DNA of 64,000 bases, taken from contig OX597838.1 of assembly GCA_951406725.2 (NCBI GenBank), positions 18,848,001 through 18,912,000 of the forward strand, read 5' to 3'. Source of the DNA: Octopus vulgaris (Eukaryota). Numbering within the stretch: the stretch's first letter is position 1; each line of letters begins with the position of its first letter. The translations under genes and the position numbers were made by a program. Under the pieces are notes generated by a model, which was not told where the DNA came from, did not search any database, and worked only from the letters and a program-made list of their open reading frames with translations. Positions 1 to 13,262 of the stretch are shown here, one piece after another.

Positions 1-275
1 TTATCGACAATGACTTTGTAGTTTTGAAAGCTGTATGGGCTATTCAAACATTCTGAACAAGGACTGGTCCGGTGAACACTCTCAATAAAATTATAACATT
101 CTTATGCGCCTTACGTAAGGCGGCGGAGCTGGCAGAATCTTTAGCGCGCCGAGCGAAATACTTGGCGGTATTTCGTCTGCCGTTGCGTTCTGAGTTCAAA
201 TTCCGCCGAGGTCGACTTTGCCTTTCATCCTTTCGGGGTCGATAAATTAAGTACCAGTTACGCACTGGGGTCGAT
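1..275. repeat. Inverted duplication arm, reverse complement of 6097-6371
   Basis: Position i matches 6372-i, including ~115 bp of non-SINE flank. ORFs 44..265(-) and 6107..6328(+) are identical. Confidence 0.9.
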
Positions 276-549
276 GTAATCGACTTAATCCGTCTGTCTG
301 TCCTTGTTTGTCCCCTCTGTGTTTAGCCCCTTGTGGGCAATAAAGAAATAAGAATCGTTAGCACGCTGGACGAAATACTTAATAGTACATTACCCGTCGC
401 TACGTTCTGAGTGCAAATATCGCCGAGGTCGACTTTGCCTTTCATCCTTTCTGGGTCGATATATTAAGTACCAGTGAAACGCTGGGGGTCGATGTAATCG
501 ACTCATCCCCTACCCACAAATTTCGGACCTTGTGCCTCTAGTGGAAAGG

Positions 550-550
<1 letters not shown>
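119..550 (+). mobile_element. SINE family A (tRNA-like head, Nin/Deu-like central domain), two nested or tandem copies
   Basis: Head GGCGGAGCTGGCAGAATC, box-B-like GAGTTCAAATTCC, central GCCTTTCATCCTTTCGGGGTCGATAAA, (ATT)n tail. Many copies in the window. Confidence 0.85.
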
Positions 551-607
<57 letters not shown>

Positions 608-1262
608 GTGGCTGTGTGGTAAGTAGCTTGCTTACCAGGCACATGGCTTCGGGTTCAGTCCCACTGCGTGGCACCTAGGGCAAGTGCCTTCTACTATCAC
701 TTCGGGCCGACCAAAGCCTTGTAAGTGGATTTGGTAGACGGAAACTGAAAGAAGCTCGTCGTATATATGTATATATATATGTATATGTGTGTGTGTGTGT
801 GTGTGTATGCGTGTATGTATATGTTTGTGTTCTGTGTTTGTCCCCCCCACCAACATCGCTCGGTAAACCGATGCTGGTGTGTTAACGTCCCTGTAACTTA
901 GCGGTTCGGCAAAAGAGATCGATAGAATAAGTACTAGGCTTACAAAGAATAAGTCTTGGGGCCGATCTGCTCGACTAAAGGTCGTGAGTTCGATTCCCGG
1001 CGACGCGTTGTGTCCTTGAGCATGACACTTTATTTTCACGTTGCTCCAGTCCACTCAGCTGGCAAAAATGAGTAGTACCTGTATTTCAAAAAAGGGCCGG
1101 CATTGTCACACTCTGTATCACGCTGAATCTCCCTGGGAACTACGTTAAGGGTACACATGTCTGTGGATTGCTCAGTCACCTGCATGTTAATTTCACGAGC
1201 AAACTGTTGTTCCGTTGATCGTATCAGCTGGGACCCTCGTCGTCGTAACCGACGGAGTGCTC
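608..1262 (+). mobile_element. SINE family C (CORE-like) joined to a 5'-truncated family D SINE
   Basis: GTGGCTGTGTGGTAAG...GGTTCAGTCCC head and CORE-like CCTAGGGCAAGT. The switch to family D (GAGTTCGATTCC...CCGACGGAGTGC) is at ~980. Confidence 0.8.
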
Positions 1263-1297
<35 letters not shown>

Positions 1298-1324
1298 TTT
1301 ATTTAAAAGTAGTAAAAATTCAAC

Positions 1325-1371
1325 AAAACCTGTTACTCGGAGTTTCACGTTCCCGTTCGTCGGACAGTTTT
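1325..1371 (-). ncRNA. Type I hammerhead ribozyme motif (U4C core variant) in a 51-bp fold-back (1298-1348/1372-1422)
   Basis: Minus strand reads ctgt-CCGACGA-acg GGAA cgt-GAAA-ctc c gag-TA-acag. Stems I, II and III all pair. Confidence 0.6.
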
Positions 1372-3108
1372 GTGAAACTCCGAGTAACAGGTTTTGTTGA
1401 ATTTCTGCTGCTTTTAAATAAAACATATTACTCTACCCCTTGTATTTGAGTACTCTTTTTTCCACCTTGTTTCACATTTATGTGTTTACTCCGGTATATA
1501 TATATATATGGTGGGGATGTACACATATATACAAATAAATGTGTATCGAATACTTAAAATAACGTCTTGTTTTATTGAAGCTATCTTCTCTTCGTCACAA
1601 GAATAAACAAATGCTTTGTGTGTTAATTGTAATCAACTCAGAATGAAGAGGGGAGATAACTAAGAATTCCTCAAAATTAACTTGTTACTAAAGTAAAGAC
1701 ATTCTTATTGTCTAGCGACAAGAGGACAGCTGTATTCACATGTTTCTGCCACAGTAAGTGTCTTTAGCACAGCGGTTGTCCTACCATGAATCCAACAGGC
1801 GAGATACTTTGACAAGTGCAAAAAGAATAGAGAAACATTCAGGGTCCAGACTAATTTGCATAATTTGATCGAAATCTTGCACTTTTGTCGATTTCGGAGG
1901 ATTCTTGATTCTTGTGTGTGGATTTGGAAGACGGAAACTGAAAGAAGCCTGTTGCATATGTATATGCGTGTGCATGCGCGAGTGTACGTGTGTGTGTGTG
2001 AGTGAGTCGTATGTGTCTTTCTGTCTGTGTTTGTCCCCCACCACCGCTTGACAACCAGTGTTGGCGTGTTTACGTACCCATGACTTAGCAGTTCGGCAAA
2101 AAGAGATCGATAACGTAAGTACAGGGCTTTAAAAATTTAAAGTACTATTGTCAACTCATTCAACCAAAATAAATTTCAAGATGGTGCTCCAGAATGGACT
2201 CAGTCTAATGACTGAAAGAAGTTAAAGATAAAAGATATAAGTCGTTATCATCAACATCTATTCACATTCATGCAAAACAGAAGGAAAACTCCTTTGTACC
2301 ATTTCGTCTGGAAACTCATGGTTCCATGAATTAGGACCTCCAATAACATGGCAGTCTTATCGATAAAACTATAATGTATTTAGTTGGATCTTGAAGTTTC
2401 AGGATATATCTGCATAGCATGCCATTTTCAGAAAAAAAACAACCAGCGATATAAGTTTACCGAAAGTTCGAGGTATCATCTAGTTGTCGCCATCGGAAGA
2501 AAACTCCTTTATGATAACTCCAATCTGCTCATAATTTTATAGCTTACTGATTCAAAGCTAATGCAAATAGATTTAGTAAACGTTGAGAAGTAATAAGCCC
2601 TTGACGATGTTCATACTTCAGCACTGGTTGTTTTTCTTTATGCCAGAGCAGTTCAGCTGGCAATAGCTATAATTTATGCTTTCTGTACTATTCAACCACG
2701 TAACCTGCTTTGAACAATGACAATCAAGCTAGTGTGCTGTGGTCAAACAGTACAACTCATTCGCCAAATACTGCCTGATCGCTTGTTCCAGTACTAGGCA
2801 CAGTAAATACTGAGAGGCAATAATATGAATCACCAACTATTTTTTAATAAATTCTGTATCACGTATTGAGCACTCTTTCCTTTCATATGTAGATATACAT
2901 GCTTATATATGTGCTTATATGTGTGGCTGGGAAGCAAGCTTCTTACCACACAGCCACACCTGCGCCGTAAGGAGCTTGCTTCCCAACCACGTGGTTCCAG
3001 GTTCAGTCCCACTGCGTGGCACCTTAGGCAAGTGTCTTCTACTGTAGCCTCGGGTCGACCAAAGCCTTGTGAGTGGATTTGGTAGACGGAAACTAAAAGA
3101 AGCCCGTC

Positions 3109-3184
<76 letters not shown>

Positions 3185-3186
<2 letters not shown>

Positions 3187-3365
3187 GAAATTCACAGGAA
3201 AACAAAAGACGAAGACAGGTGTATAAACAACAAGCAGGTGTATTAGTTTTATGCTCAGGAAGGTGAGAAAGTCTTTTACGATTCGTGCCTACGCTCGTCA
3301 ACAGAAAGGAACACGTGGAAATAAACAGAGAGAATTAAAAAAAAAACTTTTAGAGTTAGCGGTCA
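3185..3365 (-). mobile_element. Short (TA)n-associated hammerhead-bearing element, family F (degenerate copy)
   Basis: Homologous to the 9722, 23224, 30092, 45010 and 62752 copies. Minus-strand core CTGTTGA...GAAT-CGTA. Confidence 0.65.
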
Positions 3366-3620
3366 GTATGTATTTGTGTGTCTGTGTTTGTCTCCCCAAC
3401 ATCGCTTGACACTGATGTTGGTGTGTTTACGTCCCCGTAACATAGCGCTTCGGCAAAAAGAAACTGATAGAATAAGAACTAGGCTTACAAAGGATAAGTC
3501 CTGGGGTCGGTTTGTTCAACTAAAGGCGATGCTCCAGCATGGCCGCAGTCAAATAACTGAAACAAGTAAAAGTAAAAATAGGCGCAGGAGTGACTCTGTA
3601 GAAAGTAGCTTGCTTACCAA

Positions 3621-3659
<39 letters not shown>

Positions 3660-3661
<2 letters not shown>

Positions 3662-3733
3662 ATCCAATCCAGGTGGCAACATAGGTGATTGGGTACAAAA
3701 AATTCAGGGTGAATACTTGATAATTGTAAGCAC

Positions 3734-3786
<53 letters not shown>

Positions 3787-3858
3787 ATCCAATCCAGGTG
3801 GCAACATAGGTGATTGGGTACAAAAAATTCAGGGTGAATACTTGATAATTGTAAGCAC

Positions 3859-3908
<50 letters not shown>

Positions 3909-3979
3909 ATCCAATCCAGGTGGCAACATAGGTGATTGGGTACAAAAAATTCAGGTGAATACTTGATAATTGTAAGCAC

Positions 3980-4044
<65 letters not shown>

Positions 4045-4116
4045 ATCCAATCCAGGTGGCAACATAGGTGATTGGGTACAAAAAATTCAGGGTGAATACT
4101 TGATAATTGTAAGCAC

Positions 4117-4119
<3 letters not shown>
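3660..4119. repeat. Four tandem 77-bp units separated by variable-length (TA)n
   Basis: GGATCCAATCC...AAGCACCTG at 3660, 3785, 3907 and 4043, essentially identical. Confidence 0.95.
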
Positions 4120-4169
<50 letters not shown>

Positions 4170-4757
4170 CGCATGCGTGGTTGTGTAGTAGGAAGTTTGC
4201 TTCACAACCATATGGTTCCGGGTTCAGTCCCACTGCGTGGTACCTTGAGCAAGTCTTATATATTTGATCATAACGGAGCGTTCTCTAATATTCTAAGATA
4301 TAAATACTTCTAACGTAAAATGTGGTATTTAAAATATTTAAAATCTAGCAATTAACAAGTTAATTAGATATAAAGTTAGAAATAAATGAGATGTAATCGA
4401 AACAACTTCGAACTAACGAGACATAGTTGAAGGTAAAGAGGAAGGAAAATGCCAATAGGAGCCGTCAGCACAAAGTATTTTTTACATTTACATATACAGC
4501 ATAATCCACATCTTCCAGAATATAGGTAGCAAATTCCACCATCGATTCAGCATCTTAAAGTTATTGCGTTTCCAGAAATGCTGTGAAACGGAAATGGTGC
4601 TTCCGTTTGAAACGCTTTAAAATACTGTTGATAGTCTGTGGCTCATGCTATGATCATGCTTGTTGAATTCTAAGACTGAGCCTTTTTCGAAATGTCGTCA
4701 CCAAAACAAGTTTATCCTACGGAACTGCTTCTACTTCCAAGTGGAATATATTGTAAA

Positions 4758-5152
4758 TCTATATATATAAAAGTGAGGTTGTGTGGTGTTTGTCTCCTAC
4801 GATTTAGATTCCTAACTACTCCCACATTTTGCGGTGCAGTTTAACCAAAACCGGGTATCTTATAGTCGTGATTCATATCGAGCCCTTCTGGGTATTAGCG
4901 GGCGTCTACGATGAGTCTACGATTTTTAAAAAAAATTACCATCGTTTTTTCCCATTTTTAATGCATTTTTGGCATATATAAGGGAAGTAACTCTCTAAAA
5001 ATGTATTATTAAATCTCAGAACGTAAAAAGCTACAGTAACATCCCCCTTTGTGGTTAGCCATATTGAGATGGCTATTATACTTTACATCTCTAAAAATGC
5101 TTATATAGTTATTTCCCTTACAAACCCGAGCAACGCCGGGCGATACTGCTAG
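4758..5152 (+). mobile_element. Non-autonomous Helitron
   Basis: Starts A|TC, ends CTAG|T after the hairpin CCCGAGCAACGCCGGG, no TSD. Near-identical copy at 36575-36973. Confidence 0.9.
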
Positions 5153-5611
5153 TCATTTATAAAAGTTTCTTCAGGATCTGTAACTGTATACTTACACTGC
5201 GGTCAAACGTGCAATGATGTTTCAAAGAATCTATTAACTAAATATTGTCTAAAAGTATTTTGCAAGAGAACTGAAACACTATTTGGAAAAAAAAACTTCA
5301 ATTTATCTATTGAATCACACTTTTTTTCATTTTATTTCATGTAGTTATCTATCAGTTGTTCTTGTTCTGTCCATATATTTGTCTCTTTCATCCTCGCGTT
5401 TTCTTTTCCTTCCCCTTCTTTATGTTATTATAACTTACTCTGTCTAGCTCTTCTTCCACCCTCACATAAACTTTAATCCCTTCACCATTTCTTCCCCTTA
5501 GCTTCCAACCTATTTTTCTCTTTCCATTAGTTATTTATTTCCATAGTCGTAACGATTTCGTATTTACTTTTAAATTCTTCTCTCGTAAATATACACACTT
5601 TTCCCACCGCC

Positions 5612-6254
5612 TACTTATTTCTTATTTCTTTATTGCCCACAAGAGGATAAACACAGAGGGGTCAAACAAGGACAGACAAACGGATTAAGTCGATTACATC
5701 GATCCCAGTGCGTAACTAGTACTTAATTTATCGACCCCAAAAGGATGAAAGGCAAAGTCGAACTCCTCCGAATTGAACTCAGAACGTAACGGCAGACGAA
5801 ATACCGCTAAGCATTTCGCCTGGCGTGCTAACGTTTCTTATTTCTTTACTGCCCACAAGGGGCTACACACAGAGGGGACAAACAAGGACAGACAAACGGA
5901 TTAAGTCGATAACATCGACCCCAGTGCGTAACTGGTACTTAATTTATCGACCCCGAAAGCATGAAAAGCAAAGTCAACCTTGCGGAATTTGAACTCAGAA
6001 CGTAACGGCGGACGAAATACCTATTTCTTTACTACCCACAAGGGGCTAAACACAGAGAGGACAAACAAGGACAGACAAACGGATTAAGTCGATTATATCG
6101 ACCCCAGTGCGTAACTGGTACTTAATTTATCGACCCCGAAAGGATGAAAGGCAAAGTCGACCTCGGCGGAATTTGAACTCAGAACGCAACGGCAGACGAA
6201 ATACCGCCAAGTATTTCGCTCGGCGCGCTAAAGATTCTGCCAGCTCCGCCGCCT
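5612..6254 (-). mobile_element. Three head-to-tail family A SINE copies
   Basis: Repeated ~190-220 bp units of the family A body and tail. Confidence 0.85.
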
Positions 6255-6908
6255 TACGTAAGGCGCATAAGAATGTTATAATTTTATTGAGAGTGTTCAC
6301 CGGACCAGTCCTTGTTCAGAATGTTTGAATAGCCCATACAGCTTTCAAAACTACAAAGTCATTGTCGATAAAATAATAATGATATACATGCATTTAACTC
6401 TACGCTTGTACGACTCGGTGAGTGTTGGTTATTTGAACAATTGTATTGTGTTTTTGTTTTTGTGACAACAGACGAAAGGATGAAAGGCAAAGTCGACCTC
6501 GGCGGAATTTGAACTCAGAACGTAGCGGCAGACGAATTACGGCTACGCATTTCGCCCGGCGTACTAACGATTCTGCCAGCTGGCCTCCTTCCATTTATTA
6601 TTCAATTAACGTGTTATCGTTAATCAGCGAACGGCCCGCTTCTTGCTTTCGTTCTTCTCTCTGTCCAATACTTACATAATTTTTATGCCTTACTCTCTCT
6701 TACTCCTTCTTACGCTCCTCTCTAATAAATATACGTTTCTCCATTACGTACCATATCTACTGTTCTCATGGTACCACTATCTGGTACCACTACCTGGTAC
6801 CACTATCTTTTCCTTCTCTCCTTTTTCACTGCTCTGACTCGATCCTCCTCTATCCTCTCTTAATTTGATTCCGCTTTTCTTTCTTTCTTTCTTCATCATA
6901 TATATTGG

Positions 6909-7455
6909 TGAAGGCGCGTGACTTAGTGGTTAGGGTATTAGGCTCACGATCGCAAGGTCGTGATTTCGATTCCCATTGGCGCGACATTTTATATCACTTT
7001 ACTCCAGTTCACCCAACCAGCAAAAGTGAGTAGTACCTATTTCTTTATTACCCACAAGGGGCTAAATACAGAGGAGACAAACAAGAACAGACATAGGTAT
7101 TAAGTCGATTACGTCGACCCCAGTGCGTAACTGGTACTTAATTTATCGACCCCGAAAGGATGAAAGGCAAAGTCGACCTCGGCGGAATTTGAACTCAGAA
7201 CGTAACGGCAGACGAAATACCGCTAAGCATTTCGCCCGGCGTGCTAACATTTCTGCCAGCTCTGAGTAGTACCTGTATTTCAAAAAGGGCCAACCTTGTC
7301 GAATTCTGCGTCACGCTGAATCTAATCTCCCTCAGAGCTACGTTAAGGATACTCGTGTCTGTGGAGTACTCAGCCACTTGCACGTTGATTTCACGAGCAG
7401 AGCCGTTCCGTTGATCGGAACAACTGGGATACTGATCGTCGCAACCGACGAAGTA
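6909..7455 (+). mobile_element. Family D SINE interrupted by a reverse family A SINE (7039-7262) with a 12-bp TSD
   Basis: tRNA-like head GGCGCGTGACTTAGTGGTTAG. TGAGTAGTACCT is duplicated at 7027-7038 and 7263-7274. Confidence 0.85.
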
Positions 7456-8145
7456 CCGTTCATATTTCTTTCTTTTTTTTGCTTCCTCATCAACCATCTC
7501 ATTTGTATCTCTTTACTTCCTACATTTATCTTGCTTCTTTCTGTCTCGTTATCTCATTGTATTTTTTGTTGTTTTTTTTTTGTTTTTTTGTTTCTTTTTT
7601 ACTCGTTCAGTTTTATCTCTAAATGATTTTTTAAATATACAGAAATAATTTATTCTCAAACGTATGATAATGCTAATACAATAGCATGAACAGGATAAAC
7701 TATCTATATATTGCAGGAAAAAAAAATCGTTACCGGCCAGCCATTATAAGCGCTAAAATTTTAGAATCTCATTATTTATAAGTCCAGGTTATAAGGGATT
7801 TTTTTTGTTGTATCGAAAAGTGGTAAAATGGAACGTGGAGAAACGACATGCCTCAGTTTTCGTTTCTGTTATAATACCAAAAATCGTACCGAAATCATCT
7901 TTGCTTTTCATCCTTCCAGGGTCGATAAAACAAAGTATTAGTCAAGTAGAGGAGTCAATGTTACTGGCTGTTCCTACTCATGCGCGCGCGCACATAGATT
8001 GATATATATATATATATATATATATAATACAAAATACACAATTGTATCTTGAGATCGCTAGTAATAACAATACTCAAAATATAAAACAGACTGGAGTTGT
8101 AGTGCTCCAAATGAGCTATATTCCACTTCTTAATCTGATTAAGAA

Positions 8146-8184
<39 letters not shown>

Positions 8185-8249
8185 GTAAATAATAAATAGA
8201 TACATATATGTTCATACCTACATACATATGTATATATACATGCCTATAT

Positions 8250-8557
8250 GGGTAGAGGACATCAAAAAAACGTTTGAACATAATGAGAAACGAAAACATA
8301 AAAACAAAAACATAGAAAACGAACTTTCTTTCGAACAACGAAAAAAACAAACAGAGAAACGAGACATGCGACATAAAGAATATTCCCCTTCTTCAGTTGT
8401 CCCTGTTTCATCTACTCCATGTTTCGAAGGCAAGGACAAGACTCGACTTCCTTGAAACAGTCCTTCCCGCAAAGCAAATTAAATAAAATTTGGGTTTTTT
8501 TGCGGAGGGTGAAAGTGGTAACAAGAACAGGACAGTGAGAACAAGACAGTAAAAACA

Positions 8558-8560
<3 letters not shown>
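8250..8560. mobile_element. (TA)n-associated dispersed repeat, family G (probably Penelope-derived)
   Basis: Homologous in reverse orientation to 49128-49310 and partly to ~25960-26015. Confidence 0.6.
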
Positions 8561-8622
<62 letters not shown>

Positions 8623-8715
8623 CTCATTCGTTTCGAGACTCATCAGATTTTTTTTTCTGGAAAAGAACGTTTTTATCTATAAATCTGGAAAAGAACGTCT
8701 TCTGTTATCTATGTC

Positions 8716-8755
<40 letters not shown>

Positions 8756-8805
8756 TTTTATTTGATCTAGTTTCAGCTCACGAGCTGTGGCCATGCTGGG
8801 GCACC

Positions 8806-8848
<43 letters not shown>

Positions 8849-9061
8849 TTACATACACAAAGTATGGCGGTTTAGTTCACAGGCGATCTAAACGATTAGG
8901 TATGCTAGGTAACTGCTGTAACGGATTATTAAGGCTCCAAGGTTATAACCGAGACGGTAGTTATAGAGCCATTTCACATTTCCGATATAGCGGATATATA
9001 ATTTTTAAAGAGGACAACAAGCGTTAAAGGAAAACAAACATCTCAAGTCACACACATTATT

Positions 9062-9146
9062 ATTATTGGAAAACATTCGAAGTCTTACAGCTGTTTCTGG
9101 GACATCCCAGAAACAGCTGTAAGACTTTGAATTTTTTTCCAATAAT
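9062..9146. repeat. 41-bp fold-back of a hammerhead 3' half (GAAAC AGCT GTA|AGAC)
   Basis: Arms 9062-9102 and 9105-9146 with a 2-nt loop. Contains GAAA plus the palindromic stem III ACAGCTGT and a UH site. Confidence 0.7.
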
Positions 9147-9687
9147 CTATTATATAAAATCTGTTCTATCTGTCTGTCGGTGTCTTCTAGGATCTCGAGC
9201 ATCCTCCATCCGATTGCGCTCAAATTTGATATGTAGATACCGATGGCATCAGCGCATGTATAAGTCTTGAAAAATTACAAAAATCGATTCCAGGTGAGAA
9301 TGCATAACTGCACCTTCCATTTTTTTTTTGTACTGCTTAAAGGCCCATTTCTTTCCTGCCAAGCTTACTGTTTAAGCCGTGTTTGTGTTCTCCCAGTCAA
9401 CAGCCTTATCATTACTGGTACTTTAAACTCTTCGGTTGCATATTTGTGTGAATAAAATCGTTTTTCTTTGGAATAGAAAAAAAGTCTATCTTTATTTCTT
9501 CTTTTGCTGGTGTTTCAAATTTAGGTTACATCAGTGTTTCTCAAAGGGGAGGCCTATAGGACGGTCGGACAAGTTGCTTTGACAAAATTTGGTTTAAATG
9601 TTTGACAACTCAGCACCGTCCATTGGACGGGGGCATTTTGCTCGTAATAATATATGGCTTGAGATGTTTGCCTTGCCTTCACGTTTG

Positions 9688-9721
<34 letters not shown>

Positions 9722-9723
<2 letters not shown>

Positions 9724-9925
9724 GGAAAGTTTACGAAAATAAACAAAAGACGAAGACAGGTGGTGTACAAACAAACAAACGTATTAGTAAAGCGCTCAGG
9801 AGTAGAAAAAGTCTTTTACGTTTCGAGCCTACGCTCTTTCTCAGAGAGATACACAGAAAAAAACAAGGAGAGAAAAAAATGCGTGTAGGAGCTAACGATC
9901 TATCATGGCGTCCTGACTTCGGACA
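9722..9925 (-). mobile_element. Family F hammerhead-bearing element
   Basis: Adjacent to (TA)n. Ribozyme motif at 9812-9849 with a mutated core (CTGAGAA). Confidence 0.7.
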
Positions 9926-10194
9926 GTGGTCAGACGCGAGAGGGAGAGTAGGGGAGATAACAGAGTCAAGTGACTTCCAATACGAAGGTGCCCCCAACAC
10001 AAAGGTGCGTGGGTGTTAAGAGAGTATGTATGTGCGTGTGAAAGAGGGCTGGTGGTCTGGACGTGTGTGTGTATGTATGTGTGGGTGTGGAGATGCAAGT
10101 GCACATATGTGTGGGCATTTATGTGTGGGCATTTATGTGTGCGCATGTATGTGTAGTGAAACCTTGGAGGCTTTGCCAGAGGGAGAAAGAAGGA

Positions 10195-10273
<79 letters not shown>

Positions 10274-10403
10274 GAAGAAAGAAAGAAAGAAAGAAAGACA
10301 AGAAGAGGCTTCTTTTAATTTGCATTGTATTCATGCGGTCAGCTTGTTGAAGTCAATGACAATCCAAGATGTCAATCTTGTCTTACTCATTGTTTTGAAA
10401 GCA

Positions 10404-10434
<31 letters not shown>

Positions 10435-10749
10435 TTCTCCCTCTCGCACTCATTATAAACAAACCTGTTAATATGTACATACGTACTCACACATACATAC
10501 ACAATACGTAATGCAGCATGTATACAAATACATACACACATAGACACACTCATACGGACACACGGACACACACACACACGCACACATACATGCATCTGTA
10601 TGGATGCGCATATGTGCTATACCGCCAAAGTGCTTTGAATGTCAGTCGAAGATTGAAAAAGAGATTCATAATAGCCTTAAGCAAGTTTGGATACCGTTAC
10701 AATTATAAAATATGATAGAAATCCAAAAAGTCCAATTTGCAATCCGCAG

Positions 10750-10940
10750 CACTGCACATCGAAACAAAATGAATTACGGAAGAAAACGCTGAGCATGATG
10801 CATCTAGTAAAATGTGCAGACAGGAAATTCAAGATGTCTTCCGTCTACAAACGCCCAAAGGGATGACGCAAAGTACCGGAAGACAATGGAACTGCATTTT
10901 ATCAAAAAGTTCTTAGCTAAACTTAAACGTTTGTAGATGC
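10750..10940 (+). pseudogene. Penelope-like element GIY-YIG endonuclease C-terminal remnant
   Basis: Frameshifted HLVKCADRKFKMSSVYK / DDAKYRKTMELHFIKKFLAKL* resembles the PLE C-terminus (HL..C...F...FYK...R...E..FI.KF.P.LN). Confidence 0.55.
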
Positions 10941-11382
10941 ATTCGAAAAAAACAAAATTGACATCTTGAAGCGTCAACTTCAAACGAATGTGAAACTACT
11001 GATAATAAGAATACAATAAAAATCCATCTCAGAGCAAAAGAAGAAAAGAAAAGACCCTTTTCTCCCTTTCTTTCTTTCCTTCTTTCTTTCTTTCTGCTTT
11101 CAGCTTTCTTTTTCTCTTTCCCCCTTTCTTTCCTGCCCTTCTTTCTGTATCTCTTTCCTTCTTTCCTCTTTTTCCCCTTTTTTTTCTCTCTCTCTCTCTC
11201 TCTCTCTGGTTAACCTCCGGGGGTTCACCAAACACGCGTTTGCACACACATACAGATATGCACACAGATATGCACACATATGTACATGCGTATTTGTATA
11301 AATACGCGTATAGATAACAAAACAAAAAAACATTTTCTTTCAGATCTATATAAAAGGCAAAAGCAATTTATGTAAAAAATCA

Positions 11383-11425
11383 TATCTGACGAGTCTCCGA
11401 AGCGAATTAGATGAAAGCGCTAATA
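11383..11425 (+). ncRNA. Type I hammerhead ribozyme motif downstream of the PLE remnant
   Basis: tat-CTGACGA-gtct(12 nt)agat-GAAA-gcgc-TA-ata with palindromic stem III AGCGCT. A truncated homolog lies at ~8622-8650 (-). Confidence 0.6.
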
Positions 11426-11496
11426 AACAATTATCCCAAATTCCGACTACTTCCAGTTTCTTATAATATAAGATCTGTACACCACTTCAAACAATC

Positions 11497-11564
<68 letters not shown>

Positions 11565-11574
11565 ATTTTGTGGG

Positions 11575-12582
11575 TTTCGCTAAGACCTTGCAAGTGGGGC
11601 CCAGTTAGAATTTTCTTCTGGTCGAGTAGCCCATCCCGCTGAAAAGGTCCCTGAATAAGGATTGTTTAAGGATGTTGATCGAAACACCCATGTTTCCAGA
11701 GGTGAATTATTCAAACCCCAGAGAATTCCTCTCAATACATGGCTATGATGCTCCCCGACTACTTCTGCTTGGGATCTGAGATGCACATATCGTCAGCCAA
11801 TAAGGGTCATGCTCAACTGGTTATGGTCAAACAACTGACAAGCAAATCTGTGGTATTGAGCAGAATATTTGCTGTAGCCCATCTTTTATACCAATACAAA
11901 ACAATGTACATGATAATACTTCCAATCAGCTATGGTCAGAAGCCACGAGAGCCACTGCCTGGTACTGCATCAGGGCATTTATTATCATTATCATTGTTGT
12001 TGTTGTTGTTGCTGTTGCTGTTGTTGTTGTTATCATATGAGAGAGCAGTGCATGCCATCAAAGTAACACTGGGGTAAAATATACGAAGCCCAGTATACCC
12101 ATCATGACTACCCGTCTGATAAGGGTACGCCAGGCACATGCATCACAACCATATGTGTGCAACATGGTGATTTCATATCAAGATAAACAGCACATGACCT
12201 TACAGATGGGGCCCAGTTAGAATTTTCTTCTGGTCGAGTAACCCATCCCGCTCAAAAGGTCCCTGAATAACAATTGTTTAAGGATGTTGAACGAACCACC
12301 CATGTTTCCAAAGGTGAATTATCCAAACCTCTAAGAATTCCTTTCAACACACGGCTATGATGCTCCCCCACTACTTCTGCTCATGATCAGAGATGCACAT
12401 ATCGTCACTAAGGGACATGGTCAACTGGTTAAGGTCAAACAACTGATAAGCAAATCTGTGGTATTGAGCAGAATATTTGCTGTAGCCCATCTTTTATACC
12501 AAGACAAAACAATGGATAACACTTCCAATCAGTTAAGATCAGAAACCACGAGAGCCACTGTCTGGTACTGCATCAGGGCATT
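11575..12582 (+). mobile_element. Two tandem copies of a retroelement-like 3' fragment, each ending in an (ATT)n-type tail
   Basis: 11580-11980 resembles 12190-12582. Both end ...GGTACTGCATCAGGGCATTTATT before microsatellite. Confidence 0.65.
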
Positions 12583-12655
12583 TATTATCATTATCATTAT
12601 TATTATCATCATTATTAGTAGCATTATTATCATTATCGTTATTATTGTTATCATT

Positions 12656-12703
<48 letters not shown>

Positions 12704-12715
12704 GTTGTTGCTGTT

Positions 12716-12754
<39 letters not shown>

Positions 12755-12817
12755 ATTATTATCATTATCATTATTATTATTATCATCATCATTATCATTA
12801 TCATCATTATCATCAGA

Positions 12818-12876
<59 letters not shown>

Positions 12877-13054
12877 GGTGACGAGCTGGTAGAATCGTTA
12901 ACGTTCCGGATTAAAATGCTTAGCGCCATTCCGTCCGTCCATTACGTCCTGAATTCAAATTCGGTCGAGGTCTATTTTTTTTTCTTTCATCCTTCCGGGG
13001 GTCGTTAAATTAAGTACCTTCCAAAACTGCTGTCCCTATGCCAAAATTTTATGC

Positions 13055-13109
<55 letters not shown>

Positions 13110-13110
13110 G

Positions 13111-13148
<38 letters not shown>

Positions 13149-13230
13149 GTTATTATTGTTATTATTATTGTTATTATTATTATTATTATTGTTGTTGTTG
13201 TTGTTATTATTATTATTATTATTATTATTG

Positions 13231-13262
<32 letters not shown>

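Larger units (their letters stand above)
2250..4757 (-). pseudogene. Possible very old pogo/Tigger transposase remnant (pieces at ~2250-2830 and ~4450-4757, split by SINEs and repeats)
   Basis: Minus-strand frames give LKRFKRKH/FHSISG (CENP-B-like HTH), KGLLLLN and FLPMATT, weakly resembling pogo DDE motifs. Heavily decayed. Confidence 0.3.

Noticed and set aside
3660-4119. CRISPR-like repeat-spacer array
   Set aside because: Spacers are only (TA)n, repeats are 77 bp, there are no cas genes, and the context is eukaryotic.
8622-8650. Complete minimal hammerhead CTGATGA-GTCTC-GAAA (minus strand)
   Set aside because: No convincing stem I. It aligns with the 11383 motif, so this GAAA is probably stem II loop sequence of a truncated copy.
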